This document shows positions 24,801-36,046 of a stretch of 63,809 nt of DNA, in pieces. The stretch covers positions 124,001 through 187,809 of the forward strand of contig MEDY01000104.1 of NCBI GenBank assembly GCA_001724265.1, written 5' to 3'. The stretch is from Rhizaria sp. SCN 62-66 (taxonomy: Eukaryota). Numbering within the stretch: the first letter of the stretch is position 1; every line of letters begins with the position of its first letter. Position numbers and translations under genes: made by a program. The notes under the pieces were generated by a model that was given only the letters and a program-made list of their open reading frames with translations, ran no database searches and had not been told where the DNA came from.

Positions 24801-27800
24801 GCGGCGGCCGCGCCGAGTGGCGCCACTACGCGCCCCCCACTACCGAGGCTCTGCTTTCCGCGAGCGGCGGCGGCGGCGGGGACGGTGATCACGATGACGG
24901 CGGCTACGACGACGGCGCCAGCGGCGACGGCGATTGCGACGGCGCGGTGCTGCTGAGCGCGGAGCGGCCGCGCATTGTGCTGACGCAGAGCATGCAGCGT
25001 GACGCCGACATCCTGCGCATGTGGCTCACGCAGCTCGCGCACGTTTACTTTGGTCACGCGCCGAACTCGAGCTCCACCGCGAGTGCCGACTCGAGTAACG
25101 CGAACCCCTCCGGTGTGACTGCGCCTGCTGCGGCTGCGAGCGCAGGCGCGAGCTCCGCACCCGCGAAGGCCGCAGCGCACAGCCACGCGCACAGCCACGG
25201 CCACAACGCGGGCCGCTGGCCGCCGATTGTGCTCGTGGGCCCGGAGGGCAGCGGCAAGTCGCTGCTGCTGCGCCACGTGCTTGCGCCGCTCAAGGGCGTC
25301 ACTGTGGCGTATTTGCACTGCTCTGGGCAGACCAAGGCCGCGCACGTGGTCCAGAAGCTCATGGACCTCTGCACGCTTACTTCGACCGCCAACGGACGCG
25401 TACGTATCAGAACAACTCATTCTTTGATCAATGGATTGAATTGCTAATGTATTTTGAATTGATGATATGAATTTTGTCCTTAAAAACAAATTGCTTACTT
25501 TTAATATCATATGTTATCTGCCTTGCTTAACACTGCAGGTTTTGCGCCCCAAGGACGGCGGCGAGCGCGTGGTCCTGGTGCTCAAGGACGTGAACCTGCC
25601 CAAGCCGGACGCATACGCGACGATCCAGCTGGTATCTTTCTTGGAGCAGCTGATCACGCACGGCGGCTTCTACGACGACGCGCTCGAGTGGGTGCGCGTC
25701 GAGGCCGTCCAGGTCGTCGCCGTCATGAACCCGTCCTCGACCGTCGGCCGGCACCCGCTGTCGACGCGCTTCACTGCCAATGTGCGCGTGCTCGCCGTCG
25801 ATGCGCCCTCGCACGCGCAGCTGCTCTCTGTCTACAGCGCCTACGCCTACGCGCTTTGCAACACGCCCAACTGGCTCGTCGTCAACGCCAGCGCCAATGG
25901 CGACGTCGATGCGGCGTCGCTCGAGTACTCGACCCCGCCGTCGCAGCAGCACGTGGCGCAGCTCGACTGGCGCTCGCCGGCCGCCGCGGTCACGCTCGCG
26001 ACATGCATGGTCGAGCTCTTCGCCAAGGCCACGGCCGCGTTTCCGCCGCAGCAGCACCGCCACTACCTGCGCTGCGCGCGCCACCTGACGGCGCTCGTGT
26101 GCGGCCTGCTGCGCTATCCGGCCGTGACGCCCCGCTCGCTGCCCGCCGTATTCGCCTACGAGGCGCAGCGGCTGTTCCGCGACCACCTCGCGGACGAGCC
26201 CAGCCGCGCCAAGTTCGACTCGATCTTGGCGGGCATCGTGCAGGCGCGGCTCGGCGGCGCCGTCGTCAATTTCGGCAGTGCGGTCCGCAGCAGCATGGTC
26301 GATCCCCTGCTCGCGGCCACCTCCGCCGCCGCTAGCAGCGGCGCCACTGGCGCTGGCGGCGATTCGGCTGCGCTGGACTCGGCCGACGAGGCGGGCCCCG
26401 CGCTGGAACTGGTGGCGCTGCCCGACTTTACCGAGGCCATGGCCAGCGCGCTCTACACGTATCAGCGCGACTCGCAGTCGGTGTCACTGGCGCTGTTCCC
26501 CGAGGTGCTGCAGCACCTGGCGCACATTGAGCAGACGTTGTCCGCGCCCGGCGGCTCGCTGCTGCTGGCCGGTGACTCGGGCGTCGGCCGCCGCGCGTGC
26601 GTTGCGCTTGTCTGTCAGCAGCTCAACTACCACGTGCACGCGCCAGCCGCCTCGGCGCGCGGCGCCAGCGTCAAGGGCTTCCGCACGGAGCTCAAGGAGC
26701 TGGTCCGCCTCGCGGGCGCCGAGGCGCGCGGCGTGTGCCTGCTGCTCGAGGACCACCTGCTGGTCGACGAGCGCGTGCTGGAGGACGTCAACAGCCTGCT
26801 CTCGGCGGGCGAGGTGCCAGGGCTGTTCACGGCGCCCGAGATGGAGGCGCTATGGTCCCCCGTCCGCGAGGACTTCAAGTCGCGCCCGCGCGGCTGCCGC
26901 TCCGTGTCGGAGTTCTTCGCGGCCCGCGTGCGTGCGAACCTGCACGTGGCACTGTGCCTGACGCCCGCGCACCCGCGCTTCCGCGCGCGCGTCGAGGGCA
27001 ACCCCGCGCTCGTATCACGCTGCAAGACGGTCTGGATGGGCGCCTGGGGCGGCGAGGGCATGCGCGCCATGCCTGCTCTGCACCTGCAGGCCGTCACCAG
27101 CATCATCGACCAGGAGCTCAACGCCAAACAGGGCGCGGCCCCCGCCGCGGCCGCAGCCAGTGCGGCAAACAAGCGTGACGGCGAGCACCTCCTGCGTCTG
27201 GTGCAGTACGTCCACACCTCGCGCACCAGCGGTGCTAATGCATCCGCCGATTCTGGCGCCAGCGACGCCAGCAGCAGCGGCGCGTCGCCGGCCAAGTACG
27301 TGGCGTTCCTGACGCTGTACGCGTCGATGTTCGAGCGCAAGCGGACGACGCTGACGGAGAAGCGGACGCGGCTGCAGACGGGTCTAACGAAGCTGACCGA
27401 GGCCGCGACCACGGTCAACGAGCTGACGCAGCAGGCGCAGCTGCAGCAGCAGCAGGTCGCCGCCAAGCAGGCCGAGGCCGACGCCGCACTGGAGGAGATC
27501 ACGACGCGCATGCAGACGGTCGCGGAGCGGCAGCGCGAGGCCGCACAGCTGAAGGAGCATCTGACTGGGGAGGAGAGCAAGATCGAGGGCAAGAAGGCCG
27601 TCATCGAGAGCGAGCTCCGCGACATTATGCCGATCCTGCAAGCCGCGCAGGCCGCCGTCGGGACGATCCAAAAGGACCACCTAAACGAAATCAGGGCCTA
27701 TCAGATGCCGCCCAAGGCCGTCTCGCACGTGCTCGGCGCAGTGCTCACGCTCATGGGCGTACAGGTACGCAAATATTTCAAGAGTATCAAATTTTGTCGC

Positions 27801-30800
27801 TAATTTTGTATACGAATCAAATCTCACCATGCTTATCATTTATCTTGAACCGCATTTTTCTCCTTATTGTACTGCCATAATGTAATCCTAGGACCTCACA
27901 TGGGCGAGCATGCGCAAAACGTTTGCTGACCCGTCGATCAAGGACTCGATCATGCGTTTCGACGGTGCCAAGGTCACCAAGGACATTCGTAACAAGGTCA
28001 AGAAGCTCATCGAGACCAACGCTGAGTCTTTCGAGCCGGCGCGCATCCAGTCCGTCTCCAAGGCCGCCGCGCCCCTCGCGCAGTGGGTCCGCGCTCAGGT
28101 ATGGATCACAATCAAAACAAGGAAATCTCTATGATGTGTAACTCTCTGATTATGAAATCTAAATCACATTCGCGCTTATGTTTAAGTTTACACGTCATCG
28201 ATTTCCAGAATCCCAAGCTAACATCATTGCCACCTTTGTTTATGTTTCATCCTCTCAGGTCGAGTACTCGACGGTGCTGGACACGGTCGGCCCCAAGAAG
28301 GCCGAGTTTGAGCACGCTAACGCGCAGCTTGAGTCGGCGCGCTCGCGCCTCGCGCAGTGCGGCGAGGACCTGGCGCGCATGGAGACCGAGGTCAAGACGC
28401 TCAAGAAGACCTTCGGCAAGACGACCTCGGAGGCCGAGGCGCTCAAGATCGGACTGGTCAAGATCACGGCCACGGTGACCGCCGCGCAGAGCCTGCTGGG
28501 CAAGCTCTCGGGCGAGCACGAGCGCTGGGTGGCACAGGTGCGGCAGCTGAGCGGCGCGCTGGTCGCGCTGCCTTACAGCACGCTGCTGGGCGCTGGCTTC
28601 GTCGCCTATTTGGGCGGCGAGGACGAGCGTGTGCGCCAGGCCGTGCTCGACGACTGGCGCGGCAAGTGCGGGCTTAAGAAGGCGGACTTCCTCTCGTTCA
28701 TCACCAACGAGGCCGAGATGCTGCAGTGGCGCGAGCAGGGGCTGGCCGCCGACACGCTGTCGATGCAGAACGCCGCGATCATCCTCAACTCGCACGGCAC
28801 CGTGCCGTTCATCATCGATCCCTCAGCGACGGCCACCGCGTGGCTCACCAAGGCGCTTGCCGCCGAGGCCAACAGCGCCAGCTCTAGCACGAACACTAAC
28901 TCTGGCGCTAATGCCGGCGCAGCTGTTGCTGCTGGTGCTGCTGCTGGCGGTAAGAACGCGAAGACTGAGGTGGTCACCGTGACTCTGCAATCGGAGCGCT
29001 TCCAGACGGCGCTGGAGCTTGCGGTGCGTTTCGGCAAGACGCTGATCGTGAACGAAGTGGACCGTATCCCGCCGATGCTGTACCCGCTGCTGCGCAAGGA
29101 CATCAAGAAGCAGGGCATGCGCCAGACGGTGCAGATCGGCGACAAGGTCGTCGACTACAACAGCGAGTTCAGGCTCTTCATGTTCACGCGCGACGCCATC
29201 CAGACCAGCTCCAACGTTGGCGGCAGCGCTGTCGGCGGCGCGGGCGCTGCCGTCTCGCCCAGCGGCTCCGGCTCCGGCCAGATCCCGGTGGACATCGTCA
29301 ACTACCTGACTGTGGTGAACTTTACGGTTACGCGCTCAGGGCTCGAGGACCAGCTGCTCGCGCTCACGGTCAACAACGAGTTCCCGTCGCTGGAGCAACG
29401 CAAGAGCGCGCTACTGGCCGAGGAGGAGCAGTGCAAGGTGCAGCTGGACCAGCTGGAGCAGCAACTGCTCGAGGAGCTGGGCAAGTCCCAGGGCAACATC
29501 CTTGACAACACCGAGCTCATCGCGCGGCTCGACGCGACCAAGAGCCAGGCCGTGGCCATCGCCGACTCACTGGCCAAGGGCCAGGCGCTGCAGGCGCAGC
29601 TCACGGCGCAGCGCGAGGCCTACCGCTCCGTTGCAGTGCTGGGCTCGGTGCTGTACTTCGCCGTGGCAGGGCTCAGCGCGGTCAACTGCATGTACCAGTT
29701 CTCGCTGCCCAGCTTCCTGGCGCTCTTCCGGGCCACGCTGCAGATGTACAACAAGCACCGCGGGCGCACCGGCGACGCCAACGCCAGCGCTGGCGCTGAG
29801 AGAGGCTCGGCCGAAAGCGGCGGGAGCAACGACGCCGACGCGCTGGCCGCGGTGACGTGGCTGCCGACAGCGCTCAAGCGCAAGGTCTACAACGACGTCT
29901 CGCGCGGGCTGCTCAAGCAGGACTGGCCGGTGCTGGCGCTGCTGCTGGCGCGCGCAGTGCGCCCCGGGCTCTGCACCGAGCAGGAGTGGGGCACCTTCAC
30001 CGGCGCAACCCTCGCCAACACCGCCAGTAGTGCTGGCGCTAACACCGGTAGCGACGAACAGCAGATGTTGCTGCAGCAGCAGCAGGTGCAGGTGCCGCAG
30101 TGGGTTAGCAGCGACCGCATTGCGGCCACGCGCACGCTGCTGACCGCGCTGCCGCAGCTCGCCGGGCTGCTGCGCCTCAGTGACGTGCAGATCTGGGGGC
30201 CCTGGGCCCAGTCGCCGACGCCCGAGGAGTCTTTCCCGCTGCCCATCTCCGCGACCGCCAACGCCGGCAGCGCGGGCGGCGGCGGCGGCATTGTGGGCAT
30301 CGAGAGCGCGGTGTCGCAGTCGGTGACGCTGTTCCACCGCCTGCTGCTGCTGCAGGCGACGCGGCCCGACCGCCTCGTCCCCGCTGTCGCTGCGCTCGCC
30401 GCCGCAGTGCTCGAGGTCACTGGCGGCCTGGCCCCGCCCTCGCTGGCGCTCGGTGAGGTGACCGCGGAGGCCGGCCCCGCGCAACCCGTGCTGTTTGTCA
30501 CCACGGCCGGCGCGGACCCCAGCGTCGAGATCGAGGAGTACGCCTCCAAGGCCCTCGCGACCAGCGCGGGCAACGCCAATAACGGCGGCGCGAGTGCCGC
30601 GGGCGCACTGGTGCAGATTGCGCTCGGTTCCGGCCAGACCAACGCCGCGCTGGACGCCGTGACCGCGGCAGCGCGCACCGGCGGCTGGGTGCTGCTCAAG
30701 AACCTCCACCTGGTCGCGGCCTGGCTGCCCGTGCTGGAGAAGGCCGTCAACAGCCTCACACCGCACGCCAGCTTCCGCCTCTTCTTCACCACGGAGGAGC

Positions 30801-32650
30801 ACCCCGCGTTCCCGCCGCTATTGCTGCAGCAGTCGCTCAAGATCTCCTTCGAGGCGCCGCCCGGCGTTAAGGCCAACATGCTGCGCACGCTCGAGAGCTG
30901 GGACAGCGGCTACCTCGCCGCGGGATCGCTCGCGCGCGCGCAGCTGCTGTTCCTGCTTGCCTACTTTCACGCTATCGTGCAGGAGCGCCGCAACTACCTG
31001 CCGCAGGGCTGGACCAAGTTCTACGAGTTCTCGACCTCGGATGCGCGCGCCGCCGCCGACACCATCGACCAGCTGTTCGCCGACAGCGGCAAGCTCAAGG
31101 CGCTGCTCGCGTCAGGTTCCGTCGCGCCCGACGCGGCGGTGCTCAAGGCGCTCAAGGAGGTCGCGCCCGCACAGGTCGAGTGGAACGTGCTGTGGGGGCT
31201 CCTGCGCTTTGCCGTCTACGGCGGCCGCGTCGACTGCGAGCAGGACGTGCGCATCGTCGCAACCTTCCTCCGCAAGCTCTTCGCCGCCGACGTCCTCTCC
31301 GACTCGGCCGCGGCCGCCCCGCGCCGCCGCGTGTTCCCGGGCCCGGAGCTGCCGCGCACGACAGCCAAGCACGAGTACCTCGCCCTTGTCCGTTCGCTGC
31401 CAGACACAGACTCGCCCGCGTCGCTCGACCTGCCGCCCAACGTGCAGCTCGAGGCCTCCCGCGCCAGTGCGCTGTACCTCGCGCAGCAGCTGCGCCGTAT
31501 CCTCGTCTCCTCCGCCGCCTCCACGGCCGAGGGCGGCGCGGGCTTCTCGCGCGCGCTCTGGACCCAGCGCCTCGGCCCCGTCGTCCAGGGCTGGCGCGCC
31601 GGGCTCGCCGCCGCCATCGCGTCATGCCCCGCGCTCGCGAGCGTAAACAGCGGCAACAGTGTCGCTCCCGCCAGCGGCGGCGCAGGCGTGAGCGGCAACT
31701 TCGTGATGCCGAGCCTGCGGACCAAGCCCGAGGACTGGTCGCCGCTGGAGGCCTTCGTGCAACTGGAGGCCGCCAGCGCCGCTGCCATCGTGACTACAGT
31801 CAGTACCAGCGTCGCGCGTCTCGAGGGGCTGCTGTTTGGCGCCGCGCTGCTGACGCCGGAGCTGCAGTCCGAGGGTGCGACGCTGATGCGCGACGCCGTG
31901 CCCGCGGCCTGGTTCTGCCCGCAGGTCGCAAGCACCGGCAAGTGGCGTCCCGAGACGCCCGCGGCCTTCATCCGCCAGCTGCTGGCCCGCGCCGCGGCCG
32001 TCGCGACCATGATCGCCACGCTGACCAGCGCGCCGCCCGCGCAGCCGGGCGCTGCGGCGACAAGCCCCGCGGTGCTGGCGCTTCTGTCGCGGCCCGTGCC
32101 GCTGGCGCTGACCTTCCGCCCCAACGCCTTCCTCAACGCGCTGCGGCAGGAGACGGCGCGCCGCACGCGCGTGCCGCTCGACGGGCTCAAACTCGTCCTC
32201 ACCTTCGACGCCGCGCTCCTGCCCGCGGACGGCAACGCGCCGTTCGCGGCGACGGTGACGGGCATGCTGGCGCAGGGCGCTGCAGTGGCCGCGATCAACC
32301 CGGCCAACGGCGCGCTCGCTGCCGTGCCTAACAGCGCCTACGCCGCCATGATTCCGAACGGCACAGGCGGTGCGTTCAACGCCAATGCTCTGTTCGGCCT
32401 GGCGGACCCGTCCCCGACCGCGCCCGCGTCGTCCCCGCTGCCCGCGTGTCTGCTGGCGTTCGTGCCCACGGCGGCCGCGGACCCGTACCCGCTCACTGCG
32501 GCCGGCGCCAACGCCGTGCCCGCCGTGGCGATGGTCGTGTACGTCAACGGCGAGCGCGAGGAGTCGCTTGCGCAGGTCAAGGTGCCGTGCGGGACCAAGG
32601 TCCCCAAGTGCATCCTCAGCGGCGCTGCGCTGCTGCTGTCCCAGGAGTAA
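15865..32650 (+). CDS. DYNC2H1: Cytoplasmic dynein-2 (retrograde IFT) heavy chain; exons 15865-17159, 17357-19726, 19868-20230, 20365-22402, 22586-23479, 23594-24100, 24254-25399, 25539-27764, 27892-28098, 28259-32650; about 5145 aa
   Basis: Linker FPRFYFLGDDDLLELLGQS. AAA1 TPLTDKCY..GPAGTGKTETVKALG..GAWGCFDEFNRL and HYDWGLRALKTVL. AAA2 GPSGAGKS. AAA3 GPEGSGKS with degenerate Walker B LKDVNLPKPD. AAA4 GDSGVGRR (dynein-2 type). Stalk coiled coils and AAA6 GGWVLLKNLHL. Nine GT-AG introns all in phase (15438 nt), stop TAA. Confidence 0.96.
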
Positions 32651-33215
32651 GGAGAAAGCAAGAGACGCGTCACTATTATTATTTACAATATTAAGTTTGC
32701 TGATAGATTCATGTGTGGTGATTGTTATAATACGATTTGTTTATGTAATTACGTAGAAGAAAATCAATACAATGCTTCAAGTTATTATTCATTTGTACAA
32801 ATGTTCATGAACAGTCCCACAAGCGTCGCTGACTCAGGAGGAAGCACTTACGATGCGGAATGAAGATCAATTCTATATGCACTGATAAGATTCTCCTGTT
32901 AGCATCACTTTCATATTTGTATTACAATGGCCTGATTGTTTTGTAAAATCACATTTACTCACGTGAAAAAATGCATTGTGTTCCTCAATCTTCTTACTTA
33001 AAGCGACCAGACTAATGCTATGTCTGTTTTGCTTTTTGTTCTTGCTTTGTTTTCTTGTAGTTATGGTTGCCATAGGTATCTACTACCTATGACGCTTTAA
33101 CTTACACAAAGAAAGCAATAACGTAGACTTAAGTGTGAAAAATTTCTTAAGCAGGCTAAAGATGCACTTTCTTTAAGTTGTAACTCTTGCAAGCTCACAG
33201 TCACTGGTTCCTTGT

Positions 33216-35514
33216 TCAAAGCCTCTTGACGCCGCCGAGTCCGAGTCCGGCGCCAGGTACTAGCGGCTTGCCCAGCCCACCGAGCCCAACGCCAACGCCC
33301 GGCTTGCCGACGCCGACACCGACGCCGACGCCGGGCTTGTTGACGCCGAGGCCGACACCGACGCCGACGCCCTTGCCGAGGCCGAGACCTGGCAGGCCAG
33401 GCTTCGCGGCGGCGCCGGGAGCGGGGCGCGTGAGGACGCCGGGGGCGGCAACGGCAGGTGCGAGCGGGCGCGGCGCCGCAGTAGCAGTAGCGGGCGCGAG
33501 GGTAGGTCGGGGAAGCGCAGGGGCCGCCTGAGCAGCGACGGGCTGCGCACTGACGGACTGCTGCTTGTTGATGCCGAGAGCGGCGGCGACGAGAGACGAG
33601 GGCGGGGCGTGCTGTCCGTTAGCGTTGCCGGAATCATCCTCAACAAACTCAACTGCAGCATTGCTCGGACTGGCCTTGTTGCTAGTATTGTTATCGTCGT
33701 CCTCAGCGTCGACATAGACACCGCTGCTCACGCAGTCCACTGCGGCAGCGTTGGCGGCAGCAGCAGCGTTGGCGGCCGCGGCCGCGCTGATCATGGCCGC
33801 GCCGGCGCCACTGCGCTTGGCCGCCAGCGCCGCGGCGCGCGCGTCGGTCTCTTCGCGCCGGCGCAGCGCCTGCAGCCGGGCCTCAACGTCCGCTGCGGAG
33901 GCGCTGCCGCTGCCGGGCAAGGGGTTCATGTTGGCGCCACCGACGGCGTTGCTACCGTCCGCAGTGTTATTGCTGTCACCGCTATCCGAGTTAGAGTTGT
34001 TGCTACCGGTTTGCTTGACGAAGACAGACTGAGCGGGGCGGCGGTTCTCCTTGCGCGCGTCCTTCTGCGCCTCTAAGTGGCTCCACCCCTTAGACGGGGC
34101 GGCGCCGGTCACCACGCGGCCAGTGTTCGAGTCGAGAGCAGAGCTGGACTCGCCCTCGTTGTCTTCAGCAGCAGCGCCATTGCTAGGACTCGCGGTCTCG
34201 CTGTTACTGTGACTGTTCGCGTTTGCATTGTCGTCCTCGTCATCGTCACAGTAAATGGTGAAGCTAGCAGGCTTAACAGCAGAGGCAGCGTTAGCAGCAC
34301 CAGGCTTGCTCTTGCTCACACCAGCACCGCCGAACACCGCGCGAGCCGGCTGCTGCAACTGCGTGTTGCCGCCGAACGGCGCACGGCTGCTGTTGCTGCT
34401 GCTCAAAGTCGCGCCATTGCCGTTCGCAGTGAGGGCGGCGGCGGGGCTGGCAGCGGGCGGCGCCACGCCGTTCACAGTGGCTGCAGAGGCTCCGTCCGCG
34501 GGGGCGCTGACCTGCCCAAACGGCGTGCGCTTCACGGGTGCGATGTCCACCGCCCGCACCCCGTAGAAGCTCCCCACGGCAGCGTCCGAGGCGTCCGTGT
34601 TTGCGGTCGAGTCACTGCCGCCGTTGCTGTTTATGGCCTCGGCCTTGCGCGCGTGCTCGGCTTTGGCGCGAATGATCTGCAGCCTGATGCGCTCCATGAC
34701 GGCCGCGGGCTCGGCCCCCGCGCGCTCGGCCCGCGCCGCGACGTCATCGGCCGCAGCCCAGCGCTCTGCGCGGATTAGGTGCTGCACGTGTGCTTCGTGG
34801 CAGAGCGCGCGGCGGGCGCCCATGCCGTGCGTTGCCATCACCGCGTGCACAGCCACGGGGTCGCGCGACAGGTCCGCCAGCAACAGTAGCGGGCGCAGAA
34901 AGCGGTCCTCGTTGTAGAGCCGCGCGTGCGGGTTCGCGCCGCCGCCGTTATTGTTCGCGCTGGCGGAAGAGGGGGGCTTGAAGGTGTGGAGGTACCGCTC
35001 GAGCGCGGGGACGAGCAGCTCGTGGCGCTGCGCGAGGGTAGTGCAGTGGTCGGACAAAAAACCCAGGTAGCGCAGCCAGGACTTGAGCGGGGCGTCCTCG
35101 TCCGCGGCCTCGGCCGCGGAAGAGTCAGAGCTGGAGTCGGTCGCAGTCATGTGGAAGGAAGGGTTGTTGGGAGAATAGAGGGCTTGCTCGAGCTCAAGGC
35201 GCCGCTTCTCAAAGTAGGTTTCTGCGCACACAAGCAATAAAAAGAGATACAATATACAAACCTTGAGGTATTCCCAATCTGTTTTAAACCAATGTTCATT
35301 TCAAGAACCCAACGTAATGCAACATGTACTATGACGTACGAGAAGTGACGACGATGTTCGAGGGGCCTTGCGCAGGCTTGACGAGCTCCTTGAGTGCAGC
35401 TACGGAGCGCCCACGCGTGGAGCTCATGATATTCTCCTTCTGGGCCTCAATGAGTGAGAAGTCAAGCACGTTGGCGCTATTGCTGCCATCCGCGACAGCG
35501 CCGCTAGTGCTCAT
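33216..35514 (-). CDS. MAD3: Mad3/BubR1-like spindle checkpoint protein without kinase domain; exons 35514-35340 and 35221-33216, about 726 aa
   Basis: N-terminal DFSLIEAQKENI...GRS (KEN1). Mad3/Bub1 TPR region (PLKSWLRY...LERY...YNEDRFLR...GMGARRAL...AGAEP). ABBA-like FTIYCDD, GW.......RKEN (KEN2), ABBA-like GVYVDAE. Phase-1 intron 35339-35222, stop TGA. Confidence 0.85.
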
Positions 35515-36046
35515 CGACGGCGCTACAGAAGGGGAAGGTAGATCAAGATAAGATGGGATTTCAGTGAGATTTCTTGAGTAATATATAATATAAAATAAGT
35601 CAACAGTCCAATTCCACTGCTATCATTGTTATTGACGGAGGATTGACGTCTGTCGAGACTGAAACGTGAACCCTCCTAGCCGATGTGTCGCTCCAACGGC
35701 TATCGACCGCAGCCTGCCAGCAATCCAAATTTGGACGGCGACCGACCGACCGGCCGACTGCACCGCGGCGCTGTGTCGCGAAGCATCAAAGTACGACTAG
35801 CTGACACGCTTCGACGAGTCCGTTGTTCGTTCTATACTTACTCTTTCTCGAAGTAAATCTCACAATCATGTCTCGAATTTCTCTCATGCACGCCCATTCC
35901 CTTATTATCTCTCTACTGCAGCGTTCCAAGTTCGCCCTCTCGGTGAGTCCCCCCGCAAGCCCCGCTCTTGCTCGCAACCACGCCACCCAGCCCTTGCCTG
36001 GCTCTGTCTTCTTCTGCCGCTGCGTGCCGCGTGCTTCACTGCGCAA
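35515..36046. promoter_or_regulatory. Putative bidirectional promoter between the Mad3-like gene and the 2482-aa gene
   Basis: 532-bp head-to-head gap. Contains TCCAACGGCT (35692-35701) and the palindrome TCCAAATTTGGA (35724-35735). Function is inferred from position only. Confidence 0.45.

Noticed and set aside
17215-28258. Dynein apparently fragmented into about ten ORFs (split gene or frameshifting)
   Set aside because: Every break is an AT-rich GT-AG intron with matching phase.
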